From the NCBI GenBank assembly GCA_965369865.1, contig CBDURU010000003.1, forward strand, positions 1 to 64,000: a DNA stretch of 64,000 bases. The letters are read 5' to 3'. The notes under the pieces are model-generated. The model did no database searches and was not told the origin of the DNA. It saw nothing but the letters and a program-made list of their open reading frames with translations. The position numbers were made by a program, and so were the translations under genes. The stretch comes from an uncultured bacterium (GTDB lineage: Bacteria; JAJVIF01; JAPKYR01). Of this stretch, positions 52,408 to 63,500 are shown piece after piece. Each line of letters starts with the position of its first letter. The first letter of the stretch is position 1.

Positions 52408-53481
52408 TTATTCCAGTTCTTCCTGCTGTTTGTTTTTCTTTTCCCTCGACTTTTTTACCCGCGTTTCCGCACTCTCATACGCTTCCACGATCAGTTGGAC
52501 GAGCGAATGGCGGACGATATCAGTCTCATCGAGATTTACCAGCGCGATCCCACCGATGTGCGACAGGATATTCAACGCGTGCGCGAGTCCGGAGGTCTCC
52601 CGTGTGCCGAGATCGACCTGGCTTGGGTCGCCGGTAATCACCATCCTGGATCGGGGGCCCATCCTGGTCAGGAACATTTTCATCTGGCCCGCGGTGGTGT
52701 TCTGCGCCTCATCGAGAATAATGTAGCTTTTATTTAATGTCCTTCCACGCATATACGCGAGCGGTGCGATCTCGATGACCTCCCTCTCAATCAGGCGACG
52801 GGTTTTTTCAACGCCAAGCATTTCGTAAAGGGCGTCGTAAAGCGGACGGAAGTACGGGTCGACCTTGTCGAGGAAAGTTCCCGGCAGATATCCAAGGCTC
52901 TCACCGGCTTCGACCGCGGGTCGGGTCAGGATAATTCGCTGGACCGTTCCCCTGCTCAGAGTATTAACCGCCATAGCGACCGCGAGGTATGTTTTTCCGG
53001 TACCGGCTGGTCCCGCGCAGAAAGTGATGGCGTTATCCTTCATCGACTGGACATAATTGGCCTGTCCTTCTGTCCGGGGACGGATTTTGAGCAATCCACC
53101 GTTGATAACAAGTCCATCGAACGCATGATCGTTTTTTTTCGCAGGCGCCTGTTCTTCCAGGCCATCATCGAGAGGAATCTCCGTCTCAACTTCCCTGCTT
53201 CGCTCCTGGTGGTAGAATCGCTCGATATCATCCTCCGACAATTCATCGCCGGCCTGTGCCCTTTTTACGAGCAGACCGAGGAGTTGCTGAACGAGGGCGA
53301 CCTCATTAGAAGGCCCGGTGATCCTGACCGACGATCCGCGCGGGACAACCCGTGCAGGGGTATTCTGCTGGATCACCCTGAGATTACGGTCCGCAACACC
53401 GAGAACCTGTACCGCTTCGAGATCGTTCCTGAAATGGAAAGTCAGAGTTGTAACTTCATCGTCCTTAAGACGTTTTGCCAA
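52408..53481 (-). CDS. phoH: PhoH-family ATPase
   Basis: GPAGTGKT, RPAVEAGESLGYLPG, PLAYMRGRT, DEAQN, TGDPSQVDL, DIVRH. Confidence 0.96.
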   Translation of the reverse strand: MAKRLKDDEVTTLTFHFRNDLEAVQVLGVADRNLRVIQQNTPARVVPRGSSVRITGPSNEVALVQQLLGLLVKRAQAGDELSEDDIERFYHQERSREVETEIPLDDGLEEQAPAKKNDHAFDGLVINGGLLKIRPRTEGQANYVQSMKDNAITFCAGPAGTGKTYLAVAMAVNTLSRGTVQRIILTRPAVEAGESLGYLPGTFLDKVDPYFRPLYDALYEMLGVEKTRRLIEREVIEIAPLAYMRGRTLNKSYIILDEAQNTTAGQMKMFLTRMGPRSRMVITGDPSQVDLGTRETSGLAHALNILSHIGGIALVNLDETDIVRHSLVQLIVEAYESAETRVKKSREKKNKQQEELE

Positions 53482-53591
53482 AATAAATCATCCTCCATAA
53501 ATGAAAGCACCGTTCATCTATATTAGAATATTATCATATTTCCTGTATCAGCACGATTACGTCTATTATTTTGAATACCAGGCATAATCCA

Positions 53592-56500
53592 TCAGTACAA
53601 ATCGAAAACCTTGAGACCTCTTCCCCCGGTGCCAAGGTACAGGTAGCCGTCAAGTGTTACCAGATCACTTGGCGCCCATGTCATACCATCATACAGGTAG
53701 CCAAGTTTGGCGGGACAATCGGGCGGCCAGATTGAACAAATTTCCGGAATTCGATAGAAGCCATACGCATACGCATAGTATCCATCGACATAAATTTCGC
53801 TCAGCCAGTTTACACCCGGAAGGGGCAGGGCGGCAACGTGCACGGGGACATCCGGATTGGTCAGGTCCGTAATTTGAAGCTCGCCACTAGTCATGATATA
53901 CATTTTGGATCCATAAGAGGTCAGGTCATAATGAATGTCCAGCGAGTTAGAATATGAACCAACATATGCAGGCGGCATCGGAGCGTCAGCGGTATAAATT
54001 TCTATGCTATTCTGCAAGGCATAATACATATTGGGGGAATAATACATGATGTCTCTGACGGCCGAAGGAAAGGTGATCGAAGTTACATATACGGGTGCGG
54101 ATGGAATAGCGACGGAATAAATTCTGACCGTTTTGGCCGGATCATTAATTGCGACATAAGCATGATCTCCCTGTAAAAGTATCTGATTGATATCATGTGT
54201 TTCAACGGTGTATGCCAGATCAGTGATTGCGAGCGGGTCAGTCGCGTCGTTCAGGCTCCAGTGCTTGCCGCCGGCGGTCATGAGTAAGTTCTGGTCCAGA
54301 GACATATCCCTCAGGACATCATTCACCCAGAATTCAGCGGCGACATATACATTGGCGGGGTTGGAAATATCAATGGTTTTAACAGCCTTATTGTAATCGA
54401 CAACCAAGAGGTATCCATCTTTAATGACAAGTGATATGCAGTAATTAACGACTTTCTGCCGTGACAGTGAAGGAGATCCTGGCGGGTTGATGCTGAAAAT
54501 TTCAAGACCCTGGCTGTTGGGAATGATGTAAGCATAGTCCCCAACCGCGGCTACATCCTTACCATCGGTCACCATCGGGACAGTGCTGTCGTATTGTGGA
54601 TTATCCGGATCGGTCGCATCGCAGACCGAAAAGCCGGCGGGTCCATCTCCGATTGTCACATACGGCCAGGAAATATCAATACTCCTGGCGGTTCCCGGTA
54701 CGTTAACGCTTCCTTTAGGAGTCAGGATATTCGTATTGAGGATGTGTGTATAGCCCTGATGGACAATCGTGTCATAAACGGCGGTATAGATATACCCATC
54801 GTTGACAACAGTTTCCTGGATCACATTATTCGCAGGATAAGTGTGTGTCGCAAGTAATTGGGGGTTTAATGGATCTTCGATAAGGTATGAATAAAGTTCA
54901 TTGTAGATCGTCATTAAGAGGGATGTTGCGGGTCCTTCAGGATCCATGAGATCCAGATCATCACAACTGTAAGGTGCGACGAAGTTATGAAGTTCGATCG
55001 GATTCGTGGGATCTGAAGAGATGTCATAGAACAACAAGTAATAATCCCCCATAGGATTGTCGAACCACGATAAATACAGGTGGGTTGAATTCGAGCACAT
55101 ACTGTATAACAGGGACCAGGAATCAAAGGTGATAATATCAGGATAAGAAACCGGTGCTTCAGGAGTTGTCAGATCCAGCAAGGAAAGATCATTGTTGTCG
55201 CTGTAGTAAAGATACGGATAATTAAACGTGGCATAATCATTTATGGTGTAATCAAAAGCCTGCAGGAACAAGGGATTCGAAGGATTCGAGATATCGTAAA
55301 TCCAAAGCCTGTCTCCCCCCATGATCGCGTAATTGTCATGAATCCAGATGAAGGTCGGCTCAAGAAATAATCCGTCCGGAGTGATATCTACCGGGTTATC
55401 CGGGGACGCGAAAGGCCCGGTCAGTTTCAATACATAAGGTGCGATCTGGGAAGGGTTACTAGTGTAAACACGAATGAAATACTGCCCCGTTTCCATGCCT
55501 GGATCAGACAATGGGATGGTTGCAGAACCTCCAACGACATCATCTTCGCTTACAAGCGTATGCGTGCTGTCATATAATCCCACCTTAGTCAGGGATACAT
55601 CGCAGAATAGTTCAATTTTCGCATCGTAAGCATAACCGCCAGTGATCTGAAACTCGTAAAAATCCTTGTAATCATTCGGGAGACATACCTGGTCATATAT
55701 TTCAGAATCGAAACTGACAGGAAAAGCTTCCATGAAGTCATTGTTAGCGTCGGGGTCACAGGTAACCTCCGGGATATCGAGAATGAGTGTCTGCCAAGCA
55801 GCGACAGAAGTATCCGGGGCCGGATAGGTAAACCCCTGGTTGTAATCAGGTCCGCCCGCTGATTTTACTTTCACGGCAACAAGGACCTCCCCTGCCGAGG
55901 CGGGTAAAGCGGTGCCGGTGAGATCGGCAGTGTAAGATGCTTTCAGAGCGGTTTGTGAATCGAAAATCGCACTAACTCCACCGGGGAACAAATCGGGCGA
56001 AAAAATCCTCACGCTCTCAACCTGTGCAGCGATGTCGCCCAGAGCCTGTCCCTGCCAGTCATGGACATTTAATTTCAATTGAAGGACGCCACCACCGACC
56101 CCATTATCAACATCATAGTAAAGGGTGTTGACCTTATCGACTAATACAAGATTGAAAGCTTCGGGTTGATTGGCTTCAATGGGAAAATCATCCGGAACCT
56201 CAAGCGGAGGATTAGGTGCCGGTAAGGCCCAGCAGGCATCGATTACATACGAGAATCGAAAATCGGGTGCAGGAAGCATCGGGAAGCGAACATTGTAGCG
56301 TCTTGTGTTAGCGGTCCCGGTGGTGAAAACACCCCTGCCCATATCGTTGTTCAGTGGTTCTAAAAAAACAGGCTGCAGACCTTCCAAATTATCAAGGATA
56401 TCTGCGAAATACCGGTACGGGTTAACCGACGCGGTCAGTTCGGCACCGGGAGTATTTGCAAACTGGTTTTCGATGTACCCGAAAACACCGGATTGAGTAA

Positions 56501-56999
56501 ATTCTGCAGGATTCCACCAGCGCGTGAACCCGTCGGCATTTTCAAGTTGGGTTTCATCGACATCGGAGAAAAATAATGAACCGATCGGGAGAGTTCCCGG
56601 AGCCATTACGATGCCTTTAACATCAAAAATTGTGAACTCCGTTTCGGTGTCGAACGGGTGGGTGAGAGTAAAATCGACAACAAAAAGACCGTTTGGCGGG
56701 TCCGATTGCCCCGGCGGCAGAACGACAGACAGGCTGAAAGTGTCGATGAAGATTTTCGTCAGGTTGAAGTGGAAATCTGTAGACCTGTCCGGGATTGTAT
56801 TAACCTGATTGGTCCCGGCCTTGATAACTATGTCGTACGAGCCCAGCATTTGATGGTTATTCACATTACTGCTGGAATTTGTTAATCCTGAATCCTGGCC
56901 GGTGCTCACTGAGGGTGTTACCGGATTTTTCGAGCATCCCGGAGATGCAAACACGCCAGCCAGTAAAAAAATAATTAGAGTCAGGGCGATTCTGTTCAT
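53592..56999 (-). CDS. Large lipoprotein: uncharacterised N-terminal domain + PPC-like domain + LVIVD propellers
   Basis: Lipobox SPGC; repeated (YI/L)D.s.P..P LVIVD units; ends DLY. Confidence 0.85.
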   Translation of the reverse strand: MNRIALTLIIFLLAGVFASPGCSKNPVTPSVSTGQDSGLTNSSSNVNNHQMLGSYDIVIKAGTNQVNTIPDRSTDFHFNLTKIFIDTFSLSVVLPPGQSDPPNGLFVVDFTLTHPFDTETEFTIFDVKGIVMAPGTLPIGSLFFSDVDETQLENADGFTRWWNPAEFTQSGVFGYIENQFANTPGAELTASVNPYRYFADILDNLEGLQPVFLEPLNNDMGRGVFTTGTANTRRYNVRFPMLPAPDFRFSYVIDACWALPAPNPPLEVPDDFPIEANQPEAFNLVLVDKVNTLYYDVDNGVGGGVLQLKLNVHDWQGQALGDIAAQVESVRIFSPDLFPGGVSAIFDSQTALKASYTADLTGTALPASAGEVLVAVKVKSAGGPDYNQGFTYPAPDTSVAAWQTLILDIPEVTCDPDANNDFMEAFPVSFDSEIYDQVCLPNDYKDFYEFQITGGYAYDAKIELFCDVSLTKVGLYDSTHTLVSEDDVVGGSATIPLSDPGMETGQYFIRVYTSNPSQIAPYVLKLTGPFASPDNPVDITPDGLFLEPTFIWIHDNYAIMGGDRLWIYDISNPSNPLFLQAFDYTINDYATFNYPYLYYSDNNDLSLLDLTTPEAPVSYPDIITFDSWSLLYSMCSNSTHLYLSWFDNPMGDYYLLFYDISSDPTNPIELHNFVAPYSCDDLDLMDPEGPATSLLMTIYNELYSYLIEDPLNPQLLATHTYPANNVIQETVVNDGYIYTAVYDTIVHQGYTHILNTNILTPKGSVNVPGTARSIDISWPYVTIGDGPAGFSVCDATDPDNPQYDSTVPMVTDGKDVAAVGDYAYIIPNSQGLEIFSINPPGSPSLSRQKVVNYCISLVIKDGYLLVVDYNKAVKTIDISNPANVYVAAEFWVNDVLRDMSLDQNLLMTAGGKHWSLNDATDPLAITDLAYTVETHDINQILLQGDHAYVAINDPAKTVRIYSVAIPSAPVYVTSITFPSAVRDIMYYSPNMYYALQNSIEIYTADAPMPPAYVGSYSNSLDIHYDLTSYGSKMYIMTSGELQITDLTNPDVPVHVAALPLPGVNWLSEIYVDGYYAYAYGFYRIPEICSIWPPDCPAKLGYLYDGMTWAPSDLVTLDGYLYLGTGGRGLKVFDLY

Positions 57000-57060
57000 A
57001 ACTACACTCCGCTAGTGAATTATTTTTATTCTGCCAATATAAATGGACTAATTGTTTAAC

Positions 57061-60000
57061 TCAATACAGGTCATAGATACTTAAACCAGTATCCCCGGAA
57101 GCCAGGTAAATAAGATCATCTACAATAACCATATCGGTTGTATAGTAACCATGATCTCCGAACAGTATTCCCAGGTTGACCGCTTCTTCCGGCGGCCACA
57201 CATTACATAGATACGCAGGGGAAAGTCCACTTGCGTAAGCGAACTGCCCGTCAACCTCAATTTCCATTAAATAGGAGGGTGGCCCCGATGTAAGCAGAAC
57301 GGAATTTATGAACGTTGGATTGAGCATATTGCTCGCGTCGACAATCTCAATCCTGTCAAGCGCCGCAATATACATTATGTCATTTTGAACAATCGCCTTC
57401 GTTGGCACGTTGGATGGGGTGTAAGTAGCGACATGATTAGGCAGTGCGGGATTCAGAAGTGAGTATATCTCAAGGTTACCGCTGGGAATTATCATGTCAT
57501 CCCCGTAAAAAGAAATACTTGCGGGATTTGTACCGGGGAGGGTGATTGTGTTGACCAGGACAGGGGGATCGAACATGTTCAACTCGAAGATATGCAACGA
57601 GGCAAACCCGGCTTCCGTTGTTATGTAAAGATAATCATTGTAAATGTTCATGGTCCGGGTCGGGTTGGGAAGCGAACCGGAGGCGATCTGTGTAATTAAG
57701 GCGGGATTGCTGACATTAAGGAACTCCCAGCCATTAGTGCCTACCAGGGCGGCCATGCGTCCGTTATCATAAGCCAGGAAATTAATCTTTCCTAATGATG
57801 TCAGGTATTCGGTTTCGAGGAAAATATTTTCGGGATCGGAGATGTTTACAATTTTAATCGCATGGTAGCCAAATGAAAATTCAGCGGTATATAAGTAGTC
57901 TCCATCGATAAAAATCATACCAGCCTGGTTAAGGACTTCGAGCCGTCCCAGGTCCTGGGGTGAAACCGGATTGCTGACATTAAAAACCTGCATTCCCGCA
58001 TCATAGGGAATAATGCAAAGAATATCTCCATTTACCGCAAGGTCAATGCCGATGGAAACCAGGGGTACCGATGTAAGCAGGATTGGTGATCCGGGATTTG
58101 TCAAATCTATAGTGGCCAGGCCGCCAGTATGATCGGCAATGTATGCGTACGGCCATTCAGCGTCAATGCCACACGCTAATCCGGGAGTTGCGGTTTCTCC
58201 AAGTTCGCTGAAACCACCAATTAAATCGAACTCGAGAATGAACATGCTTTCTGTAATATTCGGATTGGTGCCTGTGGCAATTACATATTTATCGCTGAGG
58301 GCAAAATCATAGATGGCCGCGGTTGAATGATTGTCCAGATATATAGTTGATGATGGGTTCTCAACATCAATAGCGGTAAAATTATTCTCACTCGCGCTTA
58401 TGAGGATCGGTTTGGTGGCTTCGGGATACATGAGATCGAGTTGTCTGACATCTATGATCGGGCTTCCAAAGGAGCCTGCCTCAAAAGGGTAAAGAGGGTC
58501 GGTCGACCAGTTAAAGATTGTGTACTGTGTTGCTACCGGGTTATCGAAATCAGCCACGTACAGGTGTGATGAATTCATGCAGATATCGCCGACGTCATAC
58601 CCGAGGTAAGCAACGTTTTCGTGAAATACCGGGTTGGATTTATTGCTGACATCGATCATGTTTATCTGGCCCAGCTCAGGCTCGGGGTAAGAAATGTAGT
58701 AAATGAAATTACCATAATGAGCCGATATGATTTTGGGGCCGAAAGAACCTCTTATTTTAAAAACCTGGACAGGGTTCGATGGAATTGTCATGTCGTAGAT
58801 CCAAAAGAACCTGCTGTTCAATAAATATATGTAATCACCTTCCCACCAGATTTTGTATGGGTTGACATATAAGCCGCTGCCGGTAAGCACGACAGGATTG
58901 GGGGTCATATCGGTGGCAATGACATTAAAATCCAGTTCGTATGGGGCAAGTTCGGTAGGATTGGATGTATAAACCCTGAGGTAATATATATCCGGCATCA
59001 GGTTGAGTGAATCGACATCAATAGAAGCAAGGCCGGCAGCTACAACGCTTTCAATAATAAGGCCTTGATCGGGATCGTAAAGCCCGAGTTTGGTGGGACC
59101 GGCATCGCAATGCAGATCCACATGACCCGACACTTCGAATCCGGATGGTATTTCAAAGAAATAGAAATCCCGGTAATCATCCGGGAGGCATACCTGGCCG
59201 TCGATCGTAGAACCGTAATTGATTTCAAATGCATCCGCGAAATCGTTATTCGCGTCGCCATGGCAGTTAAGGTCGGGAATATCAAGAATCAGAGTTTGCC
59301 ATGCGGCTAATGGTGCAGTGGGTGCAGGATATGACAGCCCCTGGTCGTATGCCGGTCCTCCGGACGAAACAACTTCGACAGCGAGTAAACATTCTCCGGC
59401 CTGCGCGGGATTTGCAATACCGGTAAGGTCGACCGTGTATCGCGCTTTGACAGGAGTCTGATCAAGATATGCCATTTCGATTCCACCGGGAAATAAATCG
59501 GGCGCATAGACCTTCACGCTGCCGACCTGCGACGCAATATCACCGCTGTCCTGACCCTGCCAGTCGTGGACATTCACCTGTAGTTTGAGGATCCCGGCTC
59601 CAGTCCCGGAATTACTGGAATAGTAGAGAGTGTCCGCTTTTTTTGCCAACGCGAGATGAAAAGCTTCTGGCTGGTTAGCTTGAATCGGGAAATCATCGGG
59701 CACAGCGGATGGTGGATTGGGATCGGGTATTGCCCAGCATCCGTCTATAACATAAGAAAACCTGAAATCCGGAGACGGTAACATCTGGAATTTTACGATG
59801 TACCGGCGTGTATTGCTGCTGCCGGTTTTAAACACACCCCTCCCGTTGTTACTGGTAAGCGCCTCTGAATAAACAGGCTGCATACCGTCGGTCGGGTCGA
59901 GGATATCGGCGAAATATTTATACGGATTGATATTAGCAGTCAGCAGGCCGCCGGTTGTATTTGTAAACAGGCCGTCCATGTAGCCGAAAATGCCCGGCTG

Positions 60001-60504
60001 GGTGAATTCTGTTGGATTCCACCATCGTGTGTACCCATCCGCATTGTCAACCCGGGTCTCAGAGGGTCCGGTAAACATCGCGGAGCCAATGTTGAGCGTC
60101 CCGGGCGTCATCACGATTCCCTTTACATCAAAAATAGTGTACTCAGTCTCGGTAGTGAAAGGGTGAGTAATCGTGAAATCAACGGCAAAGACCCCGTTAG
60201 GAGGATCGGACTCGCCTGGTATTAATGCGATAGACAGGTTTAGCGTATTTACAAAAATTTTCGTCAGGTTGAGATGGAGATCCGATGATCTATTGGGCAG
60301 AATTTCCGCTTCCATGCCGACCGGGTCCAAAGAAATATCATAGGAACCCAGGCACAGATGGTTTAATTGATTGCCCTGTACCAGGTTTTGAGGCTCTCCC
60401 AGGATTAACCCGGGATCGGGTGTCGATGGATTTCCATGACAACCCTGGATTGCTACTAGAATGATCGTAAAAATTAGTACCAGCCACGGAAATTTCCGGC
60501 TCAT
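57061..60504 (-). CDS. Large lipoprotein, paralog (same architecture)
   Basis: Lipobox IQGC; collinear motifs with neighbours; ends DLY. Confidence 0.85.
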   Translation of the reverse strand: MSRKFPWLVLIFTIILVAIQGCHGNPSTPDPGLILGEPQNLVQGNQLNHLCLGSYDISLDPVGMEAEILPNRSSDLHLNLTKIFVNTLNLSIALIPGESDPPNGVFAVDFTITHPFTTETEYTIFDVKGIVMTPGTLNIGSAMFTGPSETRVDNADGYTRWWNPTEFTQPGIFGYMDGLFTNTTGGLLTANINPYKYFADILDPTDGMQPVYSEALTSNNGRGVFKTGSSNTRRYIVKFQMLPSPDFRFSYVIDGCWAIPDPNPPSAVPDDFPIQANQPEAFHLALAKKADTLYYSSNSGTGAGILKLQVNVHDWQGQDSGDIASQVGSVKVYAPDLFPGGIEMAYLDQTPVKARYTVDLTGIANPAQAGECLLAVEVVSSGGPAYDQGLSYPAPTAPLAAWQTLILDIPDLNCHGDANNDFADAFEINYGSTIDGQVCLPDDYRDFYFFEIPSGFEVSGHVDLHCDAGPTKLGLYDPDQGLIIESVVAAGLASIDVDSLNLMPDIYYLRVYTSNPTELAPYELDFNVIATDMTPNPVVLTGSGLYVNPYKIWWEGDYIYLLNSRFFWIYDMTIPSNPVQVFKIRGSFGPKIISAHYGNFIYYISYPEPELGQINMIDVSNKSNPVFHENVAYLGYDVGDICMNSSHLYVADFDNPVATQYTIFNWSTDPLYPFEAGSFGSPIIDVRQLDLMYPEATKPILISASENNFTAIDVENPSSTIYLDNHSTAAIYDFALSDKYVIATGTNPNITESMFILEFDLIGGFSELGETATPGLACGIDAEWPYAYIADHTGGLATIDLTNPGSPILLTSVPLVSIGIDLAVNGDILCIIPYDAGMQVFNVSNPVSPQDLGRLEVLNQAGMIFIDGDYLYTAEFSFGYHAIKIVNISDPENIFLETEYLTSLGKINFLAYDNGRMAALVGTNGWEFLNVSNPALITQIASGSLPNPTRTMNIYNDYLYITTEAGFASLHIFELNMFDPPVLVNTITLPGTNPASISFYGDDMIIPSGNLEIYSLLNPALPNHVATYTPSNVPTKAIVQNDIMYIAALDRIEIVDASNMLNPTFINSVLLTSGPPSYLMEIEVDGQFAYASGLSPAYLCNVWPPEEAVNLGILFGDHGYYTTDMVIVDDLIYLASGDTGLSIYDLY

Positions 60505-60555
60505 GATTCACCTCGGTACTCCGGTAATTTATTTGTGCTAATGATATTTATCCGA

Positions 60556-63500
60556 CTAGTACAGATCGTAAATCCTCAGACCGGAACCTAAGTGCATGAC
60601 ATATAAAATCCCGTCTTCAACAAGGAGATTCAGAATAAACCCATAATTATTAGGACCGAATGGCTCACTGTAGACGGCAGGCGTTTCGGGCGGCCACAAA
60701 TTTACAATTACCGGATTATGTCCCATGTCAGAAACATAGGCGAACTGGTGTTCTACAGCCATAAATTGCATATTGGGTGCATATGGTAATCCGGTGTACC
60801 AAATAGCAACAGGTTGCCCCGAACCATCGAGTTCTACCGTTTCAAAGTAATCGGTATTGCAGACATAAAGGTAATCGTTCTGTATCGCGATATCCCGCAC
60901 GGTTGCTGTCGAGGTGAAATCGCCAACATATACCGGGATCAGGTTTGATGTGATATCAACAATTTTCACATCATCGAGCGCGTACGCATACAGGTAGTCT
61001 AAATCGGTTGACAGGGTTAACCCATGAAGTTCAGAAGTCCATGATGGATCAGGGACAGGGATCACACCAGGAAAAGTAGCCAGGTCGTAAACCTTGATTG
61101 TGCCGTTCGATAAGGTGGCATAAGCAGCCCAGTATGTGACTGCGACTGATTGCACGTACGAGGGAAAAGTCTCTGAATACGCGAGTACCGGGTTGTACAG
61201 GTCTGTGCACTCGTACAGCGAGAATTTTTGATCGAGTGTTCCGACAGCCAGAATATTATGTGCCCCCAGGTACAGTGCCATGCACATTGGTGAATCATCA
61301 AGCAAAACTTCCCCTTCTATGGTTGGGTTAGCGGGATCGGTCAAATCAAGGATTTTAATAGCGTTATAGGATCCCCCTGATTCAATGAAATACCCTGTAT
61401 CCCACCTGATCCTTCCATCAACAGGAATGTTAAGGCAAAGGACCCTGGCTGTTTCGGTCAGGAGAATCGTGTCTGATGCGTCATAAATTGAAAAACCGGC
61501 GTGTTCAGGGATATTCAGTAATTTATCCTGGTCGATCAGAATACTACATGATTCCGATACAGTGGGAACTGTGCTGTTGATTGCCAGCGCTGAGAGGTTT
61601 GAAAAATCGACCACTGTAATTCCTATATTGTCAGCGATATATGCAGTATTTACCTTGGCGTCGATATTGTAACCGTACCCGGGGATAGGCAGTACATCCT
61701 TTGGAGAGAAGCCCAGCAGGTCGAGGTATGTATAGGATGAGATATAACCATCGGGAACCCCGTCAATATGTGTTTTCAAAATCTCGTTACCTACAATTGC
61801 TATATCAAGATTATACGTACCAAGCGCCGCAGGATGTGTGGCTTTTAATACTGGCAAAACAGGATTTTCGACGTTGTATGCTCTCATGTCCTGACTTGTC
61901 ATAACGATCAGGGCGGTTACGGGACCATCTGTATCGTATATGCCAAGCTTTAAAACGTTGTGCTGGCAATTAAAGTGGTTAATTTCCTGCAGATCGAGCG
62001 GGTCGGTGTAATCGTAAATATATATCCATGAACCCACCCCATCATCGAAAGCGATAAACATATACTCTGAATCAATCGTAATAAATTCGATTTGGCCTGG
62101 CAGTGACAGGATGTTCTCATGGAGAACCGGGCTGGATGGATTGCTGTAATCAACCATGTTAAGTATTGCAGGATTTTCAGTCCATCCTCCCCAGTAGTAA
62201 ACCCTTCCATCGTATTCCGCAGGGGTCGCCCCCACCTGATCGTAGATTCTGGACAGAAAAACAGGATTGTAGAGATCGCTGGTGTCATATGCCCATGAAC
62301 CCCTGGGTCCGGTCAGGATTGCAGTATCACCATGTGTTGTCAGCCAGCTTGCATCAAGGTCAAGGTTGTTTGGAGTAATGTCAACAGGATTTATTGGGGT
62401 GATATTTACCGTTTCAAGGTCCAAATTCAACTGGTATAAAAATGGATTCGGCTGAGATGATTCTGTAACCTCAAGGTAATACCAACCGGGATCGGGCTTC
62501 CACCCGACAAGTTCTAATTTCACAACTCCATTGTTAGGGGTGTCTCCATCAAGAAGGTTTAAGTCCTGATCCCACAGAATCAACTTGGAAGTGGGCACAT
62601 CGGAATATAAATAGACCCAGCCGTCGATATGGGTACCGGGTAGAATTTGAAACATGTAAAAATCGGAACTGTCGACAGAACTGCACAAGGTTCCAATCAC
62701 CGTGTCCTGGAACGAAACCAGCTCCGCTTCAAGATGTGAATTGTTCGCATCCCCGACGCATTCAGGATCGGTTATATCAACGGTAATGACCTGGTAGGCT
62801 GAGATATCAGCCGAGGGGGCGGGTGCCGTGCCCTGCTGGTAACTCGGTCCACCTTTGGAACCAACCCTTGCGACAACCTGTGCCTGACCGGCATGTGTCG
62901 GAACAGCCAGGGAATATAAATCAGAAGTGAATCTGGCTTTGAAGTCATTTTGATCGAGGAAGGTTGCAGTGACACCGGTGCCCATTAAATCCGGAGAGAA
63001 AATCCGGACAGCATCAATCTGGTTCTCAAAATTTCCCGCCATCTGTCCCTGCCAGTCATGGACATTTATCTGGAGTTTAAGTATTCCACCCCCGGTAGCG
63101 GTCTCAATGTCATAGTAGAGAGTGTTGATTTTTTCAGCCAGTGCAACATGATATGCTTCAGGCTGGTTCGCCTCGATCGGGAAATCGCTTGGCACGTCAT
63201 CAGGCGGGTTCGGAACCGGGAGATCCCAGGAACCATCAATTACAAACGCAAACTTAAAATTGGGTGTAGGCGTCATCTGGAACAAAACCTCGTATCTCCT
63301 GGTGACGAAGCTTCCCGGAGTAAAAATACCTCTGCCCTGGCTGCTGGCGAGATGTTCCAAGTAGACAAGGTTCATTGGGTCCTCAGGGCCGAGAATATCG
63401 GCAAAATATTTATATGGGTTAACCGTCGCTGTGAGCTGTCCACTTTCAGCATTAGTGAACAGCCCATCCGTGTAACCGAAAATACCCGCCTTGGTGAATT